Source of the DNA: Azolla caroliniana
Taxonomy: Eukaryota > Plantae > Polypodiophyta
NCBI GenBank assembly: GCA_043228905.1
Contig: JBHGNT010000021.1
Location: 186,001 to 250,000, forward strand
Direction of reading: 5' to 3'
Length of the DNA stretch: 64,000 bases
The notes below the pieces were generated by a model, which saw only the letters and a list, made by a program, of their open reading frames with translations, was not told the DNA's origin and made no database searches. Both the position numbers and the translations under genes were made by a program. The stretch's first letter is position 1. Each line of letters opens with the position of its first letter. Of this stretch, positions 12,054 through 24,189 are shown one piece after another.

Positions 12054-14714
12054 CAAAATGTTTCGGCAATTTGAAGGTTGAATGCATGCCACTATTGCAT
12101 GTTGTATGTATATGGAACTCAAAAAACCCTGTTCTGCTTGGTTTGTTGCATTGCATGCTACACATTACATGTTGTACATAAAGTAAGAAATGTTTGTTTC
12201 ATATGAGGCTAGCTAGCGAGGGTCGGTCTGGTCTGTCTTTGAAGTTCAATCCTTCATTGATTGGTGAGGTGATGTCCTCTTTCGGTATGGACATGCGTCT
12301 GTGGTTAGGTGCCTAACTGGTGATTGGCTTGATCCAACCGAGTAGCTGAATGAATGAAATATTGATTTGGTTGGACATGGATAAAGAGTATTCTTCTTAG
12401 GGTTTGGTGCGTTGATGTCTCATTTATGAAGAGTAGTCACTCTATTTGAGAATGTTCAGAAGAAGACAATTATTGATTTCTTTTAGTCCTCTGTTTTTTG
12501 TGATTCATTTGTTCAACGGGTATATCTGTTGAATTTGCCTTGGTACTCTGGATCTTTCATGTGTTTGGTTTCGTGGTCAGATATAGCCGATAAAAGAGCT
12601 TTGGTCCATTCCTGTTGGAAGCCGTTGAGGGCTAGTCGTATGTATGGCCCTAGTAAGTAATTCCTGAAAATCATGCGTAATAATAATAATAATAATGTCT
12701 TCATATTCCAACTTCCTTCTGTAATGAGAGCTTAGACTACTACTACTAGTCTTTGCTGCGGGTTCTTTGACAGCATAATTGAAAGCTTGTAAGTAAAGGG
12801 TACTAACTACATACATTGTAACGTTTCCACCACCCTAAAATATTACACTCCATATTTCCTTTATCTGAGAGCCAAGGTGATGAAAACGTGGAATGATGAT
12901 ACAGTATATTCCTTGTGACATGTAGCAAGCAGCACCAATCCACTCAAGGAGTAATATATGTTGGGATCAATAAAGATACACGAGTAAATTGTGCTCTCCA
13001 AATTTTCCCAAATAAGCCTAGAATTTGGGGGAACACATAAATTGGACCAGCATGCAGAGCCCCTTTTTCAACCTTGACCCCATGTGACCTTACTTGAAGT
13101 GAAATTGAGTAATATTGTCTTGGACATGTGTGCCACGATAGTAGTAACGTTAAGTTAATTGCTTTGAGTTAGCTCCATATGCATTTCCTTCCTTTAGGGC
13201 CATGTTCATAATAGTCAAGTAGTGGGTCTCATCAATGCACATAAACAATCAATTGCAAGGTGATGGAAGAAATGGAATGCATGCAAAATAAGCAATTACA
13301 ATTGTATTGTTCCAACATTTGAATATATCCTATTGTTTCTACCATTGTATATTATAAAACAATGCTAAGGTGTTACATTAACTTATGTGAACTCATTGGT
13401 TAATGGATGATTCTTAATGTACAATAAGATGAAGGAAGCAATTACATCTTGGTTGAAAGCTCCATGAATCCTTCACTATTGTATCTACATAAGTATGAAA
13501 GCTATCAAGCTTTTCCAGTAATAATGGGTTAGGTCAACTCTATGGAGGTCAAGTGGATGTTACTTCCCTACATTGATGTGGCATATAACTTAAGAAAATA
13601 TAATGCATAGTGTAGCAAATATGTGCAAAGGTAAGGATTTGAACTCAACATCATTAAGTTGGATAACATACTGCTAGGGTAAGCACATACGAACAAGGCA
13701 AATGAAAAGTAAGCATTGTATGCAGCATACATTCAAACGTCAAAGTAATTACGAAAGCAAATGTAAAGGCTAACTTTGTCGCCAAGGTGGAACACACAAA
13801 CAAATTGCGAAATAATTCTCCAATAGCCATAAAAAAATAACTTGCATAGGGCTAGAGTTATTGTGCCATGGAGAGCAATAACAAATTTACAATACAATAC
13901 AAAAAAATAGAGTGGGTGATGTTGACCAATTGAAGGGTAGGTAAGAAATGTAACCCACAAAACCTTCCTACTACCATGATATATGTGGCAAAACCAGCAA
14001 AAATAAATCGTAAACGGTGGCTAACTATAGATTGCAACTTGGTGTACATCTTCTCTAGCTACTCGCGTTTTGAGTTGAAGTTGTGATGTATTGATTAGCT
14101 TGGCTTCTTTGGGTTTTAAGCAGATGATGGTTGGCAGGTGAGGATGTATAGAAATCCTTTAGCTACATATAGAGAGACCTTGCAATTGTGGGGTATTGTT
14201 ATGAGATTAATATATATGAGTGTTATTTTGTGAAACAACTTGAACCCCACTTTATTTACATGCTTTAACTATTTACTCTTGAGGGAATTCCTATTTGCCT
14301 CAACACTAAACATTATGTAGAGATTATTAGAGAGCTGTAGAAAAGCTATTCAACCTCTTGACGAAACCTATTCAAAGTTTATAGTGGGTTAAATTAAACA
14401 ATTGTGATAATAAATCTATAGTGAGAAATTATTACTTTAAACTAGGTGTCATTACCATGGAGAATTAGAATACAAGCATGTCCGCCAAAGACGCCCACTC
14501 TATGAACATGAGTTTGTCAATGTGTAGTCAATCATTAACGAATGGATTGATAACAATATGAAAAGTGATCAAGGTACAAAATGTAAATTCATAGTAGTTT
14601 AAATTAAACAATTGTTACAAACACTTACATATGGATATATTGTTAATTTTAAACTTTGACATGCCATGACTATGGGTTTTAACTAATAATCACACAAACA
14701 TTTGTCATTGTCGT

Positions 14715-14722
14715 TCTCTCTC

Positions 14723-14785
<63 letters not shown>
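14715..14785. repeat. Compound (CT)n(AT)n microsatellite
   Basis: Directly visible. Confidence 0.95.
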
Positions 14786-14787
<2 letters not shown>

Positions 14788-16111
14788 TACAATATATACC
14801 ATCATGATGAGGCCTTTCTGTTCACACAAGATTGTGATTCCAATTTACTTTCAAACCACAATATTTCTGTTACTCGTAATGTATTGAAAATGTGGCCATG
14901 CTTTAGAAAATCTCCCTAATTTTTTTTAAGTGCAGTGCTGTACATTTTTCAAGTATACATGAGTGTAATATATCTCTTGGGTTTCAAGAATGGGGGTATC
15001 GTGCTTCCACGATGGTACTTTAAAACACCTTGAGCCCAAGAGTTAATTTGGGCTCACTACGCTTGTTTGTATCCGCTACTAAATATTAAATAGGGGAGGA
15101 GAGGTAATGTCGACAATGGATGGTTTAGGGATGTTCGATAAACGTGTGAAATCTGCACCATCAGTTCATTATCTAGTGAAACTGTGTGAATCATTGCCGT
15201 ATTATTTCTAACACAGCTACTATTTGGTAAGCCGACATGCATTATAACCCTACCGACTATGTGCATTTAATCCGACCATAAATAAATTCTAATCCGGTGG
15301 TCTAACCTGGTAAATAAATCCTAACATAGTGATCTAACCCAGTAAAAAATTTTAAAACCTGTGAGTCGTGACAATAGTACCATCTAATCTGCCATAATGA
15401 TCCAACCCGGTAAATAGCAACATCTAACCCTGTAAAAAATCGAAATATCTTTCTTCGGTATGTATGTAGTTGAATGTCCTGGAGTAACAAAAAGAGCCCT
15501 CCTGTAGTACTAGCAAGGTGATCCGTTCAGGAATCAGAGCCCAGTTTCCCGTCAGGTCGCAAAGCTCCCGCATCGTTTCTCCCTGCAGATTCTTCGTACC
15601 AGGTATCAGATAAACAAAACGATCGCTCAACTTTATTCAGAAATCAAAGATGCCTGTATCTTCAGAAGCTTTCCTTGTGTTGAAGTCCCGCGTACTTGGT
15701 CTTTAGTTTTCGTTGAGAAAATTCAGATCCGTAAAGAAACAGACAGAGTTAGGCTTATCCTTTCACAAAGAATATACAATTACCGTGTTTAGGGTTTAGG
15801 ATTCATTCAGCATTTAGTTGCATAGGTTGCTCTAAAGTTCTGTAGTTGGTTTGAACTAGAGATGTTTTATCACTCCAAAATGATGATCCTCGGCATTCTT
15901 TTGTTTTTCGTTCTTGCTAATGATGTTCTGAATACATGGATGATGGTGTCAACCTGTGCTTATCGGCTGGAGCAATGAAATACATTTTTTTGTTTATCAT
16001 ATCTGGAATAGAATTCCTGGGCCAAAATGAGTTTCTCAGGAGATGAGAGAACACAAGGATTCTTTCCTCTCATTCTTTCACATATCTGGGCTACCTACCG
16101 TGTTGAATGAT

Positions 16112-16263
16112 AACCATGTTGTTAGTGGGCAATGAAGAGAGTTGTGACCCTAAGTCTCAACCATGTTGCTAGTAGGCAATGAAGAGAGTTGTGAGTCTAA
16201 GTCTCAACCATGTTGTTAGTAGGCAATGAGGGAGTTGTGACCATAAGTCTCAAACATGTTGTT
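16112..16263. repeat. 47-bp minisatellite, about 3.2 copies
   Basis: Unit AACCATGTTGTTAGTRGGCAATGAAGAGAGTTGTGACCCTAAGTCTC at 16112, 16159 and 16206, partial at about 16252. Confidence 0.9.
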
Positions 16264-17536
16264 GCTTTATTGAATGTCTGTAATCCATTTTTCTATTTGG
16301 CTTGAACCCGTGTGTAGCTTATGCAAGATGTAATATATTACAACAAGATGTACCTCTATCGGATCCATAATACGTAATATACTTGAATGCATTTGCAAAC
16401 ATTCTTTTTCATACATTTGCAAACGAATGCATATGTTATGACAACATACTTATGTTTTTTTTAAAGATTATTTACTTTTAACTTTCTTACTTTTAAAAAA
16501 AGTTTTACATTATAATAAATAATGAATACAAAAGTATGGTATTTACCATACTCGAATGCGAATGCACGGATGGTACATATGGTTCATACTATGAGATTCG
16601 GATCTCTTCAAACCCATTAAGACTGAATCCAAGGATACTTCAAATGTTCTCTAGAATCTAATTTTCAAATGAAGTTGGTGTCAAAGTGGATCAGACTTCA
16701 AGAAACATTCGTGTACAAGAAAATCCATTGAAAATTCCATATGTATAATATACTAAACACAAATTGTGTATAGACCGTTGGAAAGAACAACACATGAATG
16801 CTGGGTACAACTTGGTATTTGGAGCAGATTTTTTTTTGAGGTTTCTCAAACTTGAACAAAAAATTGAGTACAAGAAATCCCATCGAGAACTTCATATGTA
16901 TGAACAAGGTCATATATTTTACACAATTTCTGCAGGAGCGTTGGAAAGAGAAGTTCTTCCCCACTTTGTATGAAGGTTGGAATAATATTTGCCTCGAGAA
17001 TGATCCACATGCAATGCGATCAATGGTCGCTCTCATTGTTGTGGTAACATAGGAGACACTATGATCCAAGAACTTTGTAGAGATGGAAATCAGCTACAAC
17101 AGCCTCCCTTTGATCATCGATCAAAGAACTCTACCCCGCCCCCCCCCATTTGGCCTTTGGGACCCAGAATACCCATAAATTAGCACGAATGCATGTAGAC
17201 ACAAATATTTACAAACATATACTTAATACTTAGAAACATAAACACATAGGAACCAATTGAAACATAAGCACATGCACGAAAGGTCCCGTCCACACAAGAA
17301 TACTGAGAGAAAGGTTAACTCTTAACAACTACGAGCAACTCTAACATCGACAACGTCCACTCACATTTCACACACATCGTTTGTTTTCGAGATTTTACCT
17401 CCCCTCCCCTTTTTAATGTCCGATATAAACAAGCGGGCAACAAGTAGTAAGTAATGAGCGGGTAGCTATGGATGGATGGGTTCATCGGATATGTAATTCG
17501 AATGGTGTGCTATTTAACAAGTGCAATATTCGTCAC

Positions 17537-17658
17537 TCACTAGAGAAGCAAGCCAATAATGAAGAGTAGTAAGTATGTATGCCAATAATGAAGAGTGACT
17601 AATACTACTTACTTACGCATACTTACTACTCTTCATTATTGCCTTACTTCTCTAGTGA
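17537..17658. repeat. Near-perfect inverted repeat (41-bp arms, 40-nt spacer)
   Basis: 17537-17577 matches the reverse complement of 17618-17658 at 39/41 positions. Confidence 0.9.
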
Positions 17659-18008
17659 TAAGTATTACTTAGTAGGAAAGGATATATTGATATGTATATA
17701 GCATTTATTTCTTACTAATTAATGAATCAATTCTTCATCTTCATCTTCTGATTGGGAAGGAATGAGATCCAACAAAAAAATAAAATAAAATGAAATGAAA
17801 TATATATATATATATGTATCAATGTATGTAATAAAAATAGTACATAGTGATGAGTTAATAATGATGATGGAAAGGATCAACGGTAAAGGCGGCATTCGAA
17901 TTCATCATCGTCATCTTCTTCTTCTCTTTCCTGCGGAGAACAAGAAGTAGTAGAAGAAATAGAACCCATCCCGCCATAGCCTGTCCAACTCCTGCAACGC
18001 CTAGAGAG

Positions 18009-21000
18009 ATGAGCTCTCACCTCCCCCCCGTAACAAAGGAAGATCTACGTACGTACTCACAGAAGAAAGGTAGAGATCTAAAGAAACAACCATCTCCTTC
18101 GTCCTCCTCTTCTTTACTTTCGTCTGCTACAGGTGCGAAGCTTCAGAATGAGAAGGAATATCTGCAGAAGCGGAGGCAGGAGCTGCGCCCTTTGTTGAAT
18201 TCCATTCGCTTAGCAGAGTCGAATAGCTCAAGAAATGGCGACACGTCTGTCTTCAACGGTAGCAACAGTATCGGCCCTCTTCATATCTCTCGTCAGTATC
18301 ACAATGATGCGTGGAAACAAGCTCCTACTTTCGCTTCAGCCAGTTCTTGGTCTCGCTGCAGGTATTCTGCGTTCCCGTAGATTTTCTTTTCTTCATTTCC
18401 ACCTCTTTCTTTCTCTCCTGTTCTATTTAGCGCCCCTGTCTTTCTCCTTCAAGTGTATGAAGGAACGGATGAACTTATATGAAAGTTAACGAATGACGGA
18501 CTTCGACTTCACATCATCTGTTTAGTCTCGTACCTTTACAAAATGAAGACAGAAGAATATCCTGTTAGTTCCCTCGCTTTCTCTCGACCAAGCATGAAGA
18601 AATTTCCTTCGTCACTTCACCTTTTTATTTTCTTTACTTTCTCTCTTTGTCAATGATGAAGAAGTTCTTTACATCATGGCATTCTTGATGAAGGATGGAC
18701 AACTTCTTTCTCCTTATATATTCAAATTTTCTTGCTTTCTCAATCTGGAATAAAGAAGATCTTAGCATCATGCCATTTTTAATCAAGAACGAAGGAATTC
18801 TTCATATAGTCAGTTTCTTTACTCTCTTGATGAGGAGTGTAGTAAAATCTCCGAATTCATCCGTTTGGTTCTTATCTTTGTGGATAGAAAATGAAGAAGC
18901 TCGTCAGTTCATACCTGTAATATCTTACCTTTATCAATCGGTAATGAAGAACCTCTTCATTTGCTTCATCTGTTTAGTGTACTTTATCAATCAGGAATAA
19001 AGAACGTCATATCATAAGCCTGCTTTATTCAAGAAGGAAATACATCTTCAACGCATTGATATTCTCACTCAAGAATTGCAAATGCCTCCAATTCATCCGT
19101 TAGCTTCTCCTTAACTTTTTCTATCCAGAAGCCCAAGGTAGACTAAATAGCTTTTTCACATTGTTCACCTAGTTTCTCAATTTTGTAAATGAAAAAGACA
19201 CAATAATGGCAAACCTCGTCACTGCTCTCGTTTAGGTTCCTAATTGTTTTATTATCAGGAATGCATAAAATATCCTGAGATTCTTGAAAGATAGATAGAT
19301 AGATGTTTTTTACTCTCCATATATAGAGACCAATATTAACCCATGGGAACTTTGAGTTGCACATTAAAAAAGGAAGTGGTATTCATCCTCCACTAACCTT
19401 TCCTCGCATACCTTACATGACTCTATATTTGATTTATTTTAATGCTGTAAGGTAACTTCCATGCCTAGCTTGTGTGAATGAGTTTGAGGGTTCTACAAAA
19501 GTTTATACTCATGTTGGTAATGAGAAGGTTGAATATGGTCAATAATCATTTGTGCCTTGTGATGAACCCAAAATTTAGGGTTGATGCTTGCAATATAATA
19601 TTCTAATTATATCCCCACTTCTTCCTTAGTGGTTCCATTAACCTGTCCTCGATAACTACATATTACCTAGAATAATTTGAAAGTTCGAAGAGATCTTCCA
19701 TACCCAATCTAATCTCTGTAGTGCCTATAGCTCTATGGGGTGAACACATGTTTCCAAGAGCATAACCTGATAGGAGGTGGTGGATTCAATTCCCAGTCAT
19801 CTCTTTAAACATCTTTGGAATCTTCCCAATATCATTCAGGGCATTTATCAGGGTAGTACCTCCCCACACTTCCCAATCTCTGTAGTGCCTATAGCTCTAT
19901 GGGGTGAACACATGTTTCCAAGAGCATAACCTGATAGGAGGTGGTGGATTCAATTCCCAGTCATCTCTTTAAACATCTTTGGAATCTTCCCAATATCATT
20001 CAGGGCAATTATCAGGGTAGTACCTCCCCACACTTCCCAATCTCTGTAGTGCCTATAGCTCTATGGGTTGAACACATGTTTCCAAGAGCATAACCTGATA
20101 GGAGGTGGTGGATTCAATTCCCAATCATCTCTTTAAAACATCTTTGGGATCTTCCCAATATCATTCAGGGCATTTATCAGGGTAGTACCTCCCCACACTT
20201 CCCATCCACGGCTATCTTGGTTGCATTAATTCTCCAACCTGCTTAAAGCCTATGCTCAAAATGTGCACTCCTTTTATTTGCGGAGGATACATCAATACCA
20301 AGACATTTAAAGCTTTGCACAAATTGTACATGTTCTACTTATATGCAATCATGAGAGAGAGAGAGTGTGTGTGTGTGTGTGTTTTCCAGGGACCTAAACC
20401 ATGCAGAGAACACTGTCATCGCTTACTGGCTTAAATATTGTCCTGAAGCTGTAGAGAGGCATGATTTTGAGGTTTTGACAAGAGTACACAATGGTAAGTG
20501 AAAAGATATTTAATTCTGTATTTACTCACATGAAATAGATAACACAGTGGCCTATTTCTTATTCGTGTAATTCTCTATGTTATTTGACAAGAATGCCTAG
20601 TGGTAAGCAAAAGTTTCTTTAAATCGGATGATAAGAAGTTCTGACAAGAAAAACATGCCATGATATGCAAAACGTTCTTGAATTCTGCTTAGATTCTCAG
20701 TTGTAGGTGTCAATGAATGCCGAAAGATCTAATTTTCATTGAAAATAGAAATACGAATACCTCTAACCACAATAAGTTATAATAACCAAAAACATCTTGA
20801 ATGTGTGCTTGTAATTGAAAGAATAGACAGCGTAACCTGCTGCCTATACTTATCTACTGATGTGTATATTCCATAAACCTCTCTTGTTATTCTATTGGGC
20901 GCTTCTTTCTCTTCTCTGAGAAAAATCTCTGTACCAACATCGATTCTGTCTCATTCCTGGAGATTGGAATGGTAATCATCCCTTATATTTCTTTTATTTA

Positions 21001-24000
21001 TGCAAACAGGTGGACCCCAGAACTTTCAAGGAGAGAAAACTGAAACTTACTGGAGTGAGGTCAGCAAGCACCTGAAGCAGGAGGAAATGAGGAAAATGAA
21101 AGAAAAAGTGTTGCATGAACGATCACCTTTGAGCAGCAAGCATTGTAAAGTTGAGCTTTCAAGATCACCTTCAGAGAAAAATTGTAAAGTGTCAAGCTTT
21201 CAGCTTAACTTTACATTTTGACTTTAAATTTTGACTTTTTAGAACACGCTCATACTGATCATTTGAATTCTATGCTGTAGCAAAACAGAATGAATCAAGG
21301 AAAACCTGTACACGGTTTCCGTCTCCACTGTCATCTATTATCACCAACACTGTATCTATGCATAGAACTCTGAGACATGGCTATAACAAGCTAAGTGGGG
21401 CCACTGGTACCAACAAATTGATCCAAAATATGAAGCCAAAGTTTTTCCATCAAACTTCTCAACATGAAACTGTGAAGCTTAAAGAAAATGTGTCACCTAA
21501 AGGAGAAATCAGGAGTAACTTACAGAAATGCTCCCCTCTTGGAGTTGATAAGGGAAGTGACAAATCAACACAGAAAAGACTCAATCATGTCAAGTATTTA
21601 CATTCCAAATCTAAAATTGAACGTGTGCCTACTGTGGGACATGTTCTTGCTAATAATGAGAATTCCAACTTGTCAGAGAATTCTAGAAAAAGGAAAGAAA
21701 TTGATGAAAACAGAAAGAAGGAAAAAGCTGCTCTGAAGATACAGGCATTTTGGCGTATGCGATATGTCAGGAGCCAGTATAGAATATCATACGCTGCAAC
21801 TCTATTGATACAAAAGAAGTGGAGAAGCCATTCTAATGCTCTTTCAAGGTCAAAAAACAATAGTCCACATACACTCCAAGAAGGTAGCAAAACAGAAGAC
21901 ACTGATATAACGAGAGTGAAGTGCATTCCAGCAGAAATGTCTGCATGTCAGTTGTTGTATCGGGATGACATATCTCCAGTTCAAGAAGATGAACTGCTGA
22001 CAGAGCTTGTTAAATTGTTTGACTGGGATACAGAGAGTACCAGAAGAGAATCATGCCATGGTTTTCAGTTTCCTCAACCAGAACAAAACAATATGGATGA
22101 AGTTTGCACCCCGAAAATGAAGCTCAATTGGCAATTTTCAGCAACAACTTGCACCGAGGGTACACCCCTGATAATCAAGGAAGCCCTTCCATCACCGTTC
22201 ATGGAAAAGGAAATAATAAATGAGCTTGCCAAGCTCTTTCCACGCCGTTTGCATTTAACACCTCACAAAGATATGACTCCAGAAAGCTCTGTTTGCTTTC
22301 AAGATGCTCTTGCAGCTATTACAGAAAAGGGAATGGATGTTTCTCATGGGGAGGATGGCAGCAGTAGAAAAGGTATTATGGATTGTTCCAGGGGAGATGA
22401 GCATTCTTATGGAGGTAAAATGATGAGTATCTTGGATTTGCATGTGGAATCAAACCACCTTAGCAGTGTCATTACTGAAAGCTGTTGTCCTGATGTTTGG
22501 GGTGGCAATGAAGAGGAAGAGTTGAATCCCAATGCCACTGCTTTGTTCCAAGATAAGTCACCTGATTGGCAAGTGGAATCTGAAAATATAGACAATGCTG
22601 TTACTGGAAGCTGTTCTGAGTTTTGTAATGGCAACAAGAAAGACGAGCTGAGTCCAATTGTTGCGATTTCATTACAGTATCAATCACCTCAATGCCATAT
22701 GGAATCCAACAACAGAAGCAATGTTAGCGGAAGTATTTCTGATGTGAGCTGTGACAATGCGGACGAGAACTTGAGGCAGATTGCCAATCCTTCATTACAA
22801 GATCGATTATCTGAATGGCACGTGGAACCAAAACAGATTGTAAGTGTCTTTAAAGGAAGCACTTGTTCTTCTGTGGATCCCAGTGTTGACGAAGAAGACT
22901 TGAGTCAGATTGCTATTCCGTTATTGCAAGATCAGTCACCTGTTGTGAAGTCTAAAGCCAGCCGGATGAGGATTCGCCCCAACCCTTGCACCAGGAAGGT
23001 AGAGAAGGCTCTGGTCTCATCTTTGAGTTCTTGGCAAGAGTCAAAACTAGACATGAGCATGGATAAGGTGTCATCAGAAGGACATCAAGGATTAAACGTA
23101 TCAAATGTGTCCTCTGTGTGCTCAACGAGAAATTCTCTCAAGTTCCAATCCATTAGGTCACCACAGTCAGAGAATGGTCGATCAACCAAACCTCTGGATG
23201 ATTGGAATCCCCATTTTGTGCTGGAAACCGATGACCGAAATTCTACAATATATGCGAAAGCAATCTTTCAGTGCATGAGCATTTCTATTGATGACGCACC
23301 TTGGCTAAGTTGTGAAAAGAGTTTGAGAACAATTAGTGAAAGGAGAGAATCTGAGAGACCTATAGTACCTATGAGACAAATAAATTCTTCTTCATTACAA
23401 CATTTATGCATGCTATGGGAGAAGCATAATATCAATTTGCTCATTCGATCACTCAAGTATAAGAGCCTTCAAACAATGGATGGGAGCGATCATTCTGTGA
23501 GTAGCTCTCATTGTAAAGAATTGTTGAGCAGGTTTGATATGCTAGCAAAAGCATTCTAATAATGTGCATTCATTGAGTTTTTAGATGTTCGTCTTACCTT
23601 GATGACAGGTTTCACGTACAGAGAATGTGCCACCTTTAGAGGAAGTTTCAGACATAAATGCAGAAATACTGAAACTGGAAGAATTAGGTGAAAAATCAGG
23701 GGGAGGGGGAGATTTCATTCTTCATCAACGCAACATGATATATTCCAATATTGCTGGTTACTGTGACATGGACGAAAAGCATAAACTGTATACTAGATGG
23801 GGAATGGAGAAGCTCTTCTCAGGCTGCCTTATGAAGATTGTTTATGAGCTACTTTGGAAAGATCCACAAAGGTATTACCATTGGGAGTTAGATTAATCAG
23901 AGTGCTTTGATGGCTGCATGATTGGGAGAGTAGAAATGATCTTGTTTATGTTGTATAATTGGCAGAATAGAATTAATCAATGCTCTTTTATGGTAATGTA

Positions 24001-24189
24001 AGTGGTAGGTTGGATTAATTAGGGTCGTTTTATGCTTTTACAATTGAACACCAGAACTAATTGATATTGTAGTTTTATGATAGTGTAAATTTTTAGACAA
24101 ATGATTCAGGCATTTTCTTGTTTGTTTGTTTGTTTGTTTGTGTCAGATACGAAGAAAGTGCAGAGCTAGTTCTCCAATATCTCCGGTGA
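18009..24189 (+). CDS. Multi-exon gene of about 1050 aa: i-type-lysozyme-like N-terminal domain, 2 IQ motifs, ~42-aa repeats, DUF3490 (NACK C-terminal)-like domain
   Basis: Hand-built model with exons 18009-18361, 20390-20493, 21010-21183, 21281-23496, 23609-23871 and 24147-24189; all introns are GT-AG and phase-compatible; 3153 nt with no internal stop. Motifs: LLNSIRLAES..IGPLHISRQYHNDA..CRDLNHAENTVIAYW..DFEVLTRVHNGGP..TETYWSEV; IQAFWRMRYVR and IQKKWRSH; LWEKHNINLLIRS..DINAEILKL..EKHKLYTRWGM..LLWKDPQRYEESAELV. Confidence 0.82.
19289..20345 (-). mobile_element. Degenerate 5'-truncated LINE (RTE-like) in intron 1
   Basis: Colinear similarity with the LINE at 60402-61562 (HVQFVQSFKCLGIDV, YQVMLLET..PIEL); (GATA)n tail at about 19289. 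Confidence 0.75.
19711..20202. repeat. 164-bp tandem triplication within the LINE remnant
   Basis: Near-identical units begin AATCTCTGTAGTGCC at 19711, 19875 and 20039. Confidence 0.95.

Noticed and set aside
12850-13460. Possible PPR remnant (LSNIVLDMCA-like)
   Set aside because: Too degenerate to support.
15056-15470. CACTAC followed by TAACCC/ATCCG subterminal-like motifs (possible CACTA end)
   Set aside because: No matching opposite terminus or TSD found.
16680-17070. Overlapping 60-120 aa ORFs
   Set aside because: No identifiable domain or splice structure.
21358-23559. 733-aa ORF as a stand-alone gene
   Set aside because: The frame is open upstream to an acceptor at 21280 and there is a strong GTGAGT donor at 23497, so it is better explained as exon 4 of the larger gene.
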